NCBI GenBank assembly: GCA_049515895.1
Contig: JBEKTQ010000010.1
Location: 1 to 64,000 of the forward strand
From: Candidatus Bathyarchaeia archaeon
Lineage (GTDB): Archaea; Thermoproteota; Bathyarchaeia; Bathyarchaeales; Bathycorpusculaceae
DNA length: 64,000 nucleotides
Reading direction: 5' to 3'
The notes under the pieces are model-generated. The model was not told the DNA's origin and did not search any database. It saw only the letters and a program-made list of their open reading frames with translations. A program made the translations under genes and the position numbers. Positions 9,754 to 19,666 of the stretch are shown one piece after another. Each line of letters begins with the position of its first letter. Within the stretch, counting starts at the first letter, position 1.

Positions 9754-10004
9754 GTTGTTGGGCGATAAATGGTTATTGAGTTAGCTATTTCTTTCATCAC
9801 TAATTTGTGTCTCTCAAGAACAGCACCAATGCATTTTCGTAAAAAGTCATCGAGCGAGCAATTTATTTTCAATTCAAAAGAAGAACCCTTTGCTTTAGCT
9901 GGGACTATGGGTGAAAGGGAAACACAGCTCATTAAAAGTGACCCATCGCATTCGCCTAAAATCTCACGTAGTACCTTAACTGCTTCCTGTCTCTCCATAG
10001 CCAT
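9750..10004 (-). CDS. Small hypothetical protein
   Basis: 84-aa ORF convergent with 9517-9753, with overlapping stops. Confidence 0.55.
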   Translation of the reverse strand: MAMERQEAVKVLREILGECDGSLLMSCVSLSPIVPAKAKGSSFELKINCSLDDFLRKCIGAVLERHKLVMKEIANSITIYRPTT

Positions 10005-10240
10005 CGCTGACTTGATTCCTTACTAACATATTAAACGTTATGCCGTAAAGTACTATTTTTAATAATCCGAGCTTTTCCATCTTTAACCCAAAGAATATGA
10101 TGAACGCCAGCGCAAACCACAAGAAAAAAGGGCTTACAAGATGAATTTTGAGGGGTCAAAATGGAAAATTAAGCGCCTTGTGAAAGTTTTTAAATAAGTA
10201 CGGTACTATTTTTCATAAATAAAAGGACTGATTATTTTTC

Positions 10241-12746
10241 TTGCATGAAAATACAAGAGGCAATTCCGTGAGCAACGAGTTCGCACCTTATACTCAAGAG
10301 AAATCCAAGTTGAGCAAGAATAAAAGATGCGACGAAATAGCAAGCCAAAAGTTTCTCCTTGAGCTTTACCAGAAAGCGTTGCTTTTGTCAGAAAAGGAAC
10401 TTGATGACTATTTCTTAGATCATGCAGTTAGTCTTACGGGAAGCACAATTGGTTTTTTCCATTTTATTTCGGAGGATCAAAAATCAATCATACTTACCGC
10501 ATGGAATGGTGAAACACTCAAGAACTGCAAAGCCAATTATAGCACCCATTACCCAATCGAGTCAGCTGGCAACTGGGTTGATTGCGTCCGCAGTGGTCGT
10601 CCAGTCATTTATAATGACTACGTGAAATCTCCAAATCAGAAGGGAATTCCGGATGGGCATGTTCAGCTTAAGAGATTTATGAGTATCCCGATGATTGAGA
10701 ATGGCAAGGCTCAGATAGTTTTTGGTGTAGGAAACAAAACTGATCCCTACACGGAAGACGACGCTGTTCAACTCCAACTCATAGCTAACGAACTATTGAA
10801 AATTTACAGGCAGCGTCGAGCAGAGAATACGCTTCGTGAATCTGAGAAAAAATACCGCTCTTTGTTTGAGAACATGTTAGAGGGATTTGCCTATTGCAGA
10901 ATGATCTTTGACGAACAAAACAACCCTATTGATTTTGTTTATCTTGAAATTAATGATACGTTTGAGCGGTTAACTGGTCTGAAAAGAGAAGCTGTTATTG
11001 GAAAAAAAGTTACGGAAGCGATACCTGGAACTGAAAAAGCAAACCCTGAGTTATTTGAAATCTATGGTAGAGTCTGAGTTATTTGAAATCTATGGTAGAG
11101 TCGCCTTAACCTGTAGGAACGAAAAGTTTGAAGTATTTTTCAAGCCTTTAATCCAGTGGTTTTCTATTTCAGTGTATTGCCCGCAGAAAGGGTATTTCGC
11201 TGCTGTTTTTGAAGACATTACTGAGCGCAAGAAAGCCGAAGAAGCACTTGCAGCCAGCAACGCCAAGATTACTGGTATTTTGGAGAGCAATAAAGATGGC
11301 TTTTTTGCTCTTGACCAAAATTGGAATATTGCGTATGTAAACAAGACTGCGGCAAAGATATGGAGGGTTAAACTCGAAAGGGTGGTTGGATTTAATTTTT
11401 GGGAGAGGTTCCCAAAATTGAAAGGATCGATTGTGGAGGAGAATCTCCGCAGTGCAATGGAGACCAGGAAATTAAATCGGTTTGAAGTTGGTGGCATCTA
11501 TACCCATGGTTACTATGAAGCTAAAGTGTTTCCTTCTCAAGAGGGAATCTCGGTTCTGTTGGGTGACATCACTGAGCGCAAGAAAAATGAAGATTTACTG
11601 CGTGAAAGCGAGGTCAAGTTCCGAACAGTTGCTGATTTCACATTTGATTGGGAGTACTGGATTGCACCAGATGGGCACATGATCTATGTTTCGCCTTCAA
11701 GCAAAGCGATCACAGGTTACGATGCTAGTGAGTTCATCAAAGACCCTAAACTTCTCACAAGAATCGTTCACCCTGATGATAAATTAATTGTTGGTCCACA
11801 TTTTGACTTGATTAGTTCAGACGAGCTGCATGATGTTGATTTTCGAATCCTGACGCAAGGCGGAGAGACACGTTGGATTTCGCATTCATGCAAAGCTGTT
11901 TTCGACGACAATGGCAAATGGATAGGTCGCCGCGCTAGCAACCGTGACATTACCGATCGCAAACAAATGGAAGTAAAGCTTGAGGAGTATAGCAAGCATT
12001 TGGAGGATTTGGTTGAAGAGCGAACCAAGCAGCTTAAGGATTCTGAGCGATTAGCTGCAATTGGCGCTACTGCTGGGATGGTTGGACATGATATTCGGAA
12101 TCCTTTGCAGGCAATAATTGGCGACGTGTATTTGGCTAAAACAGAGTTAGCCTCATTTCCTGAAAGCGCTGAGAAAAAGGGTGCATTGGAAAGCCTATTA
12201 GAAATTGAGAAGAACATTGATTACATTAACAAGATTGTTGCGGACTTGCAGGACTTTGCCAGACCGCTTAATCCACATGCAGAAGAAGCAGACCTAAAAC
12301 TCATAATTGATGAGCTATTGGGAAAGAACGGTTTGCCTGACAATGTTAAGGTAAGCATTAAGGTGGAGAGTGATGCTAAGAAAGTTGTGGCTGATGCATC
12401 TTACATAAATCGTATACTGTTCAATTTGGTTAATAATGCCGTTCAAGCAATGCCCAAAGGCGGAAAACTAGCCATACGTGCCTGCAAAGAAGCAAACGAC
12501 GTCGTCATAACCGTCAAGGACACTGGAGTAGGCATTTCTGAGGCTGTAAAAAGCAAACTGTTTACACCAATGTTTACAACTAAATCGAAAGGTCAGGGAT
12601 TTGGCTTGCCTGTGGTTAAGCGAATGACGGAAGCGTTAGGCGGAACAGTAAATTTTTCGAGCAAAGAGGGTAAAGGAACAACTTTCATAGTGCGTTTGCC
12701 CTCCTCAAAAGAGCTAAACGCTAAATGGGCCTTCAATGGAACTTAA
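10241..12746 (+). pseudogene. GAF-PAS-PAS-PAS histidine kinase split by a 28-bp tandem duplication
   Basis: ORF1 encodes GAF and the start of a PAS domain; ORF2 encodes the remaining PAS domains, GHDIRNPL and FTTKSKGQGFGL. ELFEIYGRV appears in both frames. Confidence 0.85.
11046..11101 (+). repeat. Perfect 28-bp tandem duplication
   Basis: ctgagttatttgaaatctatggtagagt at 11046-11073 and 11074-11101. Confidence 0.97.
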
Positions 12747-12979
12747 TTATTATTTTTCGGGTTCTGGGAACAGCATCCTTTATCGGCTTCAACAGCTCCA
12801 CACCTTCCATGTTGGGCAATCGAATATCTATGAGCGTTACATTGTAGGTCGTCTCTTTTTATTGCGTCCCTTTCGCTACCTGCCAAATCCACGATGTAAC
12901 CTTCATCCTCAAGACTTGATTTCATGGTGTTTCTGATGCTCTCGTCGTCGTCAACAAGAGTTCCGGCCTGTTTATCAAT
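12733..12979 (-). pseudogene. Response-regulator receiver remnant
   Basis: (ATT)DKQAGTLVDDDESIRNTMKSSLEDEGYIVDLA, then a frameshift to ETTYNVTLIDIRLPNMEGVELLKPIKDAVPRTRKIII; truncated. Confidence 0.8.
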
Positions 12980-15900
12980 GTTTTTTCACCATGAACCTCT
13001 ACTATGGGTTTAATAGGCAAAGTTATTGTGAACGTTGTTCCCCCGTTTACTACTGTTTTCACCGTTATTATGCCCCCATGCGACTCTATGAAGCGTTTGC
13101 AGATGGCTAAGCCGAAGCCCATGCCCTGTGCCTTAGTAGTGAACAGCGGCGAGAAGAGCTTTTGCAAGGTCTCTTTTGGTATACCCGTGCCCGTGTCGGC
13201 GAAAGAGATTTCCACGTTATCCCCTGTTTGGTAGCTTGTGATTTCGAGTGTTCCCTTCTCAGGTATGGCATCTATCGCATTCTTTATGAGATTTATGAAA
13301 ACTCGCATCATCTTGTCGGCGTCAACCCTAATCTGAGTTTCAGCGAGAACATGACTTACGATTTGTATTCTATCCGGAATCTGAATGATGCGTAATGCGT
13401 CTTCCAAAAGCGTGTGGAGCGCGTATTCCCTAAGTTCCAGGTGTATCTCTCTTGAGTATTCTAGTAGGTCGTTGATAATTTTGTTCGCGTGATCAATGGC
13501 TTTATCGATAGTTTCAAGCATTTCTTTACCTTGAGCTTCGGAAATTGTTGTATCTTTCCTTTTTAAGTAAAAGGCAGCGTTCTTGATGCCTTGTAGTGGA
13601 TTGCGGAGGTCATGACCAACCATGCCGGCTAGTTCGCCTATAGCAGCTAGTCTTTCTGCTTTTAGCAGGCGGTCTTGCATTGCCCTTAGCTCTGCGGTTC
13701 GTTGCGCCACAGTTTCTTCGAGTTCTCTGGAGTAGTTCTGCAGTTTCTTTTGAACTTGTTTTCTTTCGGTGATGTCTCTGACGAAGGCTACCCCATGGTT
13801 TTTCCCGTTGATTTGCATTTTGGAAAAGGACAGTTCAGCAAAAAATTCTGCTCCATCCTTTTTTAAGCCTATTATTTCGATGAGTCTTCCAATCGATTCT
13901 TGCGGGCTGGTTTCGACGAATCTTCTTATTTCTTGTGTTGCTGTTTGAGTGACGCTAAAAGGAATCAATTTGGAAATGGGTTTACCAATTATTTCTTCTT
14001 GAGTGTAGCCGAAGATTCGTGAGGCCGCTGGATTCCATTCTGCGACGTTCATTGCATCATCTATTGCGATGATCGCGTCTAATGCAGAGTTCAATATGGT
14101 GCGGAATCGTTCTTCGCTGCCTTTTAAAGATTGTTCCATCATTTTACGTTCGGTTATTGGCAACACGAGCTCTAATGCGGATGTTACGGTTCCGTCATTA
14201 TCCTTGATTGGCGTGGCGATAAGCTGCATCCAGACGGTGGAGCCTCTTTCTTTGTCGAAAACCATGTACTCGCGAGAGTCGAAATCTTTGCCCTCGAAAA
14301 CCTTTCTTACGCCGCAGTCGGGGCAAACGGTGTCTAAGTAGTTGTAGGTGGCGTAGCACTTTCTGCCTTCTAAGTCTTTCACGCCTCTGATCTGTTTCAT
14401 GACTTTGTTGGTCCAGAGAATGCGGTAGTCTTTGCTGGTTATAGTGAGTCCAACGCCTATGCTTTCTGTTATGGTTTCCAGTTTTTGGCTTTCTTGTTTA
14501 AGTTCATTCTCCGTTTTTTTGCGAAGAGTGATGTCTGAGACTAGGGCTAGAGTGCCGATGCGGTTTCCTTCGTCGTCCTTAATCTGTGAAGCAGCAATAC
14601 TCGTGTAAACCTTGGAACCGTCTTTGCGAGGGAATTCATATTCAAAGGTTCCTTCTGCGCCTCTCTTGAACTGTGCCAGGTACTGGATGGCTTGTTCGAC
14701 TTCAGCTTTGATTACAAAATCGCATAGATTTTTTCCGACCATTTCACTTTCAGCGTATCCCAGCATATTCGCCATTCGAGGATTAACAAAAACTGTGCAA
14801 TAGTTGCTATCAAATGCCCAAATGCCCTCTTGAGCAATGTTAACGAGTTGACGATACTGCATTTCACTTTTCATTAAGGCTTCTTGGACTCTTCGCGCCT
14901 CCGTGGTGTCTTCTAGTTCAGCCACGAAAAGGCTGGGTTTGCCATTTTGGTCTGTCACCGCATTAACCATGATTTTTCCGTTTATTACGGCGCCGTCTTT
15001 TTTGACATACCGTTTCTCAAGCGTAAATGAAGATATCTTGCCATTTTCCAGTTCACACATTTTTAATGCGCTTGCTTTGAGGTCTTCGGGATGGGTTATG
15101 TCTTTGAAGGTTAGCTTTTGTAATTCGTCTTCTGTATAGCCTAGTACTCTGCAGAAGGTTTCATTTGCGCTTAAGAAGTGTTTATCAGCTCCTGAGGTAG
15201 CAATCCCCATTGGAGAGTTGGCAACTATTGCTCTTGACCTTTTCTCGCTTTCCTTTAAGGCTTCCTCAGCTTTCTTGCCTTCAGTGATGTCTTGTATCAT
15301 TGAAAGAATGCCTATCACAGCGCCGTCTTTTTTCAGTGGCGTGTTTGACCACTCACAAAGGAGAGTTCGACCGTCCTTAGTAACGTTCTCGTTAATGCTA
15401 TTTGCCGTCAAGTCCCCCTCGAGTAGTCGTCTCCAAATTTTTTCCACGTTAGGCTTAGCTTGTTTGGGCACAATGAAGTCGTATGGATGTTTTCCAAATG
15501 CCTCTTGCTGTGTGAAGCCAAATATTCGCGCAGCCGAGGGATTCCATGTTTTAACGCGGAAGTCCATACCCCAAACGATAAGTCCAATAGGCATCCGATC
15601 AACTTCCAACTGCTGAAATTCTTGGAGCTCTTTAACTCGCGCCTCTGCTTTCTTGCGCTTAGTCACATCTCTTATTATCGTTTGATAACCAATGACTTTG
15701 CCGTTTTGCCAGATGGGGTTGCTATTGTACTCTGCATTTCTCTGCCCATTTGGTGTTAGTATTTCGATTTCGCCTTGAGCCGGTTTTCCGGCAGCGATGT
15801 TCTTAAATCCTGCGCGCATTTTTTGTTTCTCTTCTATTGGAACAAGCTTGAATATGCTATTTCCCACGATTTCATTTTCTTTAAAGCCATATTGCATTAT

Positions 15901-16398
15901 AGCCTTATTTGCTGAAGTTATTTTTCCCGTCAAATCGATGGTAACAACAACGGCTGGGGCGTTTTCGAAAAGATTCTTGTACTTCTCTTCGGAAAACTTA
16001 ATCTGTTCCTCGACTTTATTTTTTCGATCTGTGACGTCATGGAAGACGACAAGGCTAGCAGGATGCCCTGCATAGCGGACTGTTTTTCCTGTTACTTCAA
16101 CCAAACGGGTTTCGCCAGCTTTAGCAGTAAAACAAACCTCGTATGATTCAACAGCCGCTCCCTGCGTTCGATTTTTCAGATTTTCCAAGATAATTGCTTT
16201 GCTTTCTGGTGAAACAATGTTGAGTTCAAGTATGGAGGTTCCGACTAATTCTTTTCCGTTCAGCCCAATTTTTTCTTGGAATGCATTGTTTACTGTGAGG
16301 AAATTTCCTTTTTCATCAGCTATAGCTGCTGGGTCAGGCAACATGTCTAAAAGAATTCTGATAGTTGCTTTACTTCTGTAATTCTTCATATTGTTCAT
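12922..16398 (-). CDS. Cytoplasmic histidine kinase with about seven PAS domains
   Basis: Repeated PAS/PAC units ending in DIT/DVT-like motifs, GHDLRNPL, FTTKAQGMGFGL; no TM helices. Confidence 0.92.
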   Translation of the reverse strand: MNNMKNYRSKATIRILLDMLPDPAAIADEKGNFLTVNNAFQEKIGLNGKELVGTSILELNIVSPESKAIILENLKNRTQGAAVESYEVCFTAKAGETRLVEVTGKTVRYAGHPASLVVFHDVTDRKNKVEEQIKFSEEKYKNLFENAPAVVVTIDLTGKITSANKAIMQYGFKENEIVGNSIFKLVPIEEKQKMRAGFKNIAAGKPAQGEIEILTPNGQRNAEYNSNPIWQNGKVIGYQTIIRDVTKRKKAEARVKELQEFQQLEVDRMPIGLIVWGMDFRVKTWNPSAARIFGFTQQEAFGKHPYDFIVPKQAKPNVEKIWRRLLEGDLTANSINENVTKDGRTLLCEWSNTPLKKDGAVIGILSMIQDITEGKKAEEALKESEKRSRAIVANSPMGIATSGADKHFLSANETFCRVLGYTEDELQKLTFKDITHPEDLKASALKMCELENGKISSFTLEKRYVKKDGAVINGKIMVNAVTDQNGKPSLFVAELEDTTEARRVQEALMKSEMQYRQLVNIAQEGIWAFDSNYCTVFVNPRMANMLGYAESEMVGKNLCDFVIKAEVEQAIQYLAQFKRGAEGTFEYEFPRKDGSKVYTSIAASQIKDDEGNRIGTLALVSDITLRKKTENELKQESQKLETITESIGVGLTITSKDYRILWTNKVMKQIRGVKDLEGRKCYATYNYLDTVCPDCGVRKVFEGKDFDSREYMVFDKERGSTVWMQLIATPIKDNDGTVTSALELVLPITERKMMEQSLKGSEERFRTILNSALDAIIAIDDAMNVAEWNPAASRIFGYTQEEIIGKPISKLIPFSVTQTATQEIRRFVETSPQESIGRLIEIIGLKKDGAEFFAELSFSKMQINGKNHGVAFVRDITERKQVQKKLQNYSRELEETVAQRTAELRAMQDRLLKAERLAAIGELAGMVGHDLRNPLQGIKNAAFYLKRKDTTISEAQGKEMLETIDKAIDHANKIINDLLEYSREIHLELREYALHTLLEDALRIIQIPDRIQIVSHVLAETQIRVDADKMMRVFINLIKNAIDAIPEKGTLEITSYQTGDNVEISFADTGTGIPKETLQKLFSPLFTTKAQGMGFGLAICKRFIESHGGIITVKTVVNGGTTFTITLPIKPIVEVHGEKTLINRPELLLTTTRASETP

Positions 16399-16798
16399 TC
16401 ACTAAAACTCCAATTTCCACTTTATCGTCTTTTTCAGCTTCAAAACTCTCTCGCATCAGGCGGACGTACTCTGGAAATGTCATTTCTGGAACAATCCACT
16501 TTGACAAGGGCCCTTCATATGTTGGCCAATTAAAAGTTACTTCAAATTTGGCATAAAGTTTTTTCAAAAACAATATTTCTAAATGTCGGGCACCTAATCC
16601 GAAAATTTGCCCAAGTGCATTCGAAAAATCACTTAGTTTACGGGGTATTTCCTCTTTCTTAATCTTAAAGAGGTCTTCGAGGTGTGCATAAATTGAAGCC
16701 GTCGCGTTTTCGCCTATGATTAATAATGCTTCGTCCATGGCTTCCAGTACAACTTGATCAAAAGTCTTAGGCCGATCCGGGTTATTTAACTCATTCAT
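16370..16798 (-). CDS. DUF3227/NitrOD5-like protein
   Basis: LEAMDEALLIIGENATASIYAHL...FSNALGQIFGLGARHLE; ATG at 16798 overlaps the upstream stop region. Confidence 0.75.
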   Translation of the reverse strand: MNELNNPDRPKTFDQVVLEAMDEALLIIGENATASIYAHLEDLFKIKKEEIPRKLSDFSNALGQIFGLGARHLEILFLKKLYAKFEVTFNWPTYEGPLSKWIVPEMTFPEYVRLMRESFEAEKDDKVEIGVLVNEQYEELQK

Positions 16799-17426
16799 CT
16801 TCGCTTTTGCAACCGCCCATAACGAGTTTGCACTGCGGACGCACACTATGGTAACAATGCCGACGAAACTCTTGGTCCGCAAGTTTCGCTATTATGTCTT
16901 TAAACAAGTCTGGAAAATCTTTTAGCCATTGCTTGTAAGATGATCTTATCGAGACATCCGTTATTTGAAGAACGATTGCTATTTCCCTTTGTTTCTTGGG
17001 ATCATCATACCTAAAGCCCAGAAGATAGAATAATCCCCCCACTATGCATCTAAAGCTTTTTCCGTTGCCAAACGCGAATTTTTTCTTGCAAACTTTGTTT
17101 ATGATTTCGACGGTATCCATGTTTATTTTTCTCGCGGTTTTCTTGTTTTGCCAAAGCAAGTTAGCTGCAACCGTGATTTCTTGAACTTTTTGAAGCCCCT
17201 GATTTATGCGATCTATGTCGGGAAGTCGACAACCTTTCAAAGCCGAATCAAATAGGGCATCGTCTGTTCGCTTTGCAGTCTCGCCTGGGATAGCCGCAAG
17301 ATTGGCGAAATATCTATTCTTCGTTAGGACAGCGTCTAATGTTGCTCCAATGTTTACGTCCTCTCCCAGAGTTATTCTGGCTTGTTTATCCATTTTTTCC
17401 ATTGCTTGCGTCATTTTCTTGCTCAA
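16791..17426 (-). CDS. Degenerate receiver fragment fused to a single TFB-like cyclin/HTH repeat
   Basis: C-terminal GKS...FYL...KKQREIA...QITDVSIRSSYK aligns with the TFB in this window; the N-terminus aligns with receiver beta1-beta3. Confidence 0.7.
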   Translation of the reverse strand: MSKKMTQAMEKMDKQARITLGEDVNIGATLDAVLTKNRYFANLAAIPGETAKRTDDALFDSALKGCRLPDIDRINQGLQKVQEITVAANLLWQNKKTARKINMDTVEIINKVCKKKFAFGNGKSFRCIVGGLFYLLGFRYDDPKKQREIAIVLQITDVSIRSSYKQWLKDFPDLFKDIIAKLADQEFRRHCYHSVRPQCKLVMGGCKSEDE

Positions 17427-17448
17427 CTTGAAGTTTCTTGCGCGCAGC

Positions 17449-17916
17449 TTAGTTATCTGTTAATAGTTTTTTTGTTCTGTTTCGGAGAAATACGGAAATA
17501 CTGTCTTCTGTAGCTGTTTCAGCAGCCTTCTGTTCTTCAATTTTGCTTTTTATTGTCTCCAGAAGCTTTTCTACATCGACTGGCTTAGTTAGGTAGGCTA
17601 CTGCCCCATCATTCAAAGAATCAACTGCATTTTTTAACATCGGATATCCAGTGAGCATAATCTTCACTGTCTTTGGCGAAGTCTCCCGTAGCGCCTTTAG
17701 AAGGCTGGTACCTTCCCCATCTGGAAGCTTTATGTCCAGAATCGCTAAATTGTAGTCGTTTTCGTAGGACTTGTCTATTGCCTCTTTCACAGTGTGAGCG
17801 ACATCTGTTTGGTACCCTTCGGATTCCAACAGGATACGTAGAGATCCGGTGATCCCTTTGTCATCATCTACAACCAGGATTCGCAATTTTTCTTGCACCA
17901 TAACCTTCACCTCCAA
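17449..17916 (-). CDS. Stand-alone response regulator receiver
   Basis: ILVVDDD, ILDIKLPD, MLTG, LTKP and a short helical tail. Confidence 0.92.
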   Translation of the reverse strand: MEVKVMVQEKLRILVVDDDKGITGSLRILLESEGYQTDVAHTVKEAIDKSYENDYNLAILDIKLPDGEGTSLLKALRETSPKTVKIMLTGYPMLKNAVDSLNDGAVAYLTKPVDVEKLLETIKSKIEEQKAAETATEDSISVFLRNRTKKLLTDN

Positions 17917-18266
17917 CCATCTCCGTTCTTGTATCGGTCACGTAATTTTCTAACTTGATTTGGAAAATTGATCGGTTTTTCACATTCAAAGTTGATTCCC
18001 AGCTTTTTACAAAAGATTTCAAGTATTGTTTCCTCAAGTATCGCTGCTGCCCCAAGAATCTGTCTGCGCCCAAAACCCATTATGCTTTCAAGTTCCTCCG
18101 AGAAAATTTCAGGTTTGTTTGGAATTTCGCTGCTCAGGAAGTTCTTTTTCTCAAGATAATTCCAAATAATAGTCGCGTTTATGTCGCCCAAACAGTATTT
18201 AATCGTTTCTTCGGTAACCTGAACCAAGAGTTTATCGAAGTCTTTAACTGTCTGGATTAGCTCCAT
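17907..18266 (-). CDS. DUF3227/NitrOD5-like protein
   Basis: ETIKYCLGDINATIIWNYLE...EIPNKPEIFSEELESIMG...GAAAILE. Confidence 0.7.
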   Translation of the reverse strand: MELIQTVKDFDKLLVQVTEETIKYCLGDINATIIWNYLEKKNFLSSEIPNKPEIFSEELESIMGFGRRQILGAAAILEETILEIFCKKLGINFECEKPINFPNQVRKLRDRYKNGDGWR

Positions 18267-18783
18267 GAACGTGCACCGATTTATGCGTTAACTGTCAGCG
18301 GTCCTCTTTGGGCTAAAACCTTCAGAATATCAACGTATATTTCTATTTTGGAACGCCTCATACTTGACCCGTTTTATAGGAAGACTGGATTCCGTATTAA
18401 CAATGTGTGCGTAGTAACTAGTATGCGTAACTTGTTTTGAATACAAAACTTGTAGCTACTACATTAGGTGTTGCCAACAGTAATTACGTACCTTCTTTTC
18501 CAATTATCCATCCATACAATTTCAATTTCACCACCGTTCTTAATGGTAAATTGGTGTTCGAACTCTCTAAGCACCATTTTTTCAGAATCTCAACTATAGG
18601 CAAAGCTGAGCAGGAAACTTGGGAAATTAATTGGATTTGAACCAGCCGCGGTTTGGGTCTCTATGGGAGTTGAACCCATTTGAGTTCAAACCGTATTATG
18701 GTCCCTGGGATCTAGCGAGCCTTTAAGCGCCTTTGTTACAGAACTCGAAGGGATTCGTTTAATGTATTAAGCGAATCCGATAA

Positions 18784-18808
18784 CGGGTCCGGTGGGACTC
18801 GAACCCCA
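18784..18808 (-). mobile_element. tRNA 3'-end fragment (att-like scar)
   Basis: Minus strand TGGGGTTCGAGTCCCACCGGACCCG is a T-loop plus acceptor strand with no 5' half. Confidence 0.6.
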
Positions 18809-18889
18809 GGGTGCGAATATGTACTTTCCACCTTTTTTTAGGACTATGTTTTCTTGCCTAGAAAACTATTATTGATTTGACTCGCCAAG

Positions 18890-19666
18890 TCAGGCAATTC
18901 TCTTTTTGAGTATCACAGTAGACAAAGCCAGAAACATCAGGGTAAACAAAGCTAAAACACCAATATCAACGGCGTAAGTGAAGGTTACCGTCGAGTTAGC
19001 GATGCTACTTCTCAAAGCTTCCACCGAATACGTAAGCGGAAGGAAACGAGCCACGACCTGCAATTGAAAAGGGTACGTTTCCAAGGCTACAAAAGTACCT
19101 GAGAGAAAAACCATCGGGAACCTCAGAAAGTTGGAGATCATCTGTGCTTCGGGAACCCATTTTGCATAAGACGAAGCCACAATGCCAAGAGCTGAAAAAG
19201 CCATCGAAGTGAAGGCAATTGCCACCACGGCTAATAGCGGATTTAGAATAACTAGACCCGAAATTGCAGCTAAAGGAAAAAGCACGACTCCTGCGAGTAT
19301 TAGGCCGAAGAAGAAGCCTGCCAACGCTTTCCCGAGAACTATTGTGAATAGTGATACGGGTGCTGCAAGTAGCCTGTCAAGAGTTCCAGTTTGCTTCTCC
19401 AGAACAACAGCCACAGCCTCAATAGATGTCGTTCCAAAAAGCATAACAAGCGAAGTCAGCCCCGCCACAATCAGTTTTGAACTGATGTTGCCAGCCATGC
19501 TAAACGCCAAGTACAACGAGACAGGAATCAAGAGCCCATAGGTGAAGTTAGGTGCTTTGAAGTAGTAAACTCGAGCATCTTTTAGTGCAATATAAAATGC
19601 CTTGATGGTAGTGTCAGCCCACGACTTAGCCAACGTTTGCCACCTTCTTGCCTTGTTCTTTCTCAT
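18890..19666 (-). CDS. ABC-2 type exporter permease
   Basis: EKQTGTLDRLLAAP, GKALAG, FLSGTF, PLTYSVEALR. Confidence 0.9.
   Translation of the reverse strand: MRKNKARRWQTLAKSWADTTIKAFYIALKDARVYYFKAPNFTYGLLIPVSLYLAFSMAGNISSKLIVAGLTSLVMLFGTTSIEAVAVVLEKQTGTLDRLLAAPVSLFTIVLGKALAGFFFGLILAGVVLFPLAAISGLVILNPLLAVVAIAFTSMAFSALGIVASSYAKWVPEAQMISNFLRFPMVFLSGTFVALETYPFQLQVVARFLPLTYSVEALRSSIANSTVTFTYAVDIGVLALFTLMFLALSTVILKKRIA

Noticed and set aside
13004-16556. Many plus-strand ORFs opposite the kinase, and similar antisense ORFs elsewhere
   Set aside because: Shadow frames of well-supported genes.
18437-18680. Short ORFs and a tRNA-like GGAGTTGAACCCA string
   Set aside because: Too short and degenerate to support a call.
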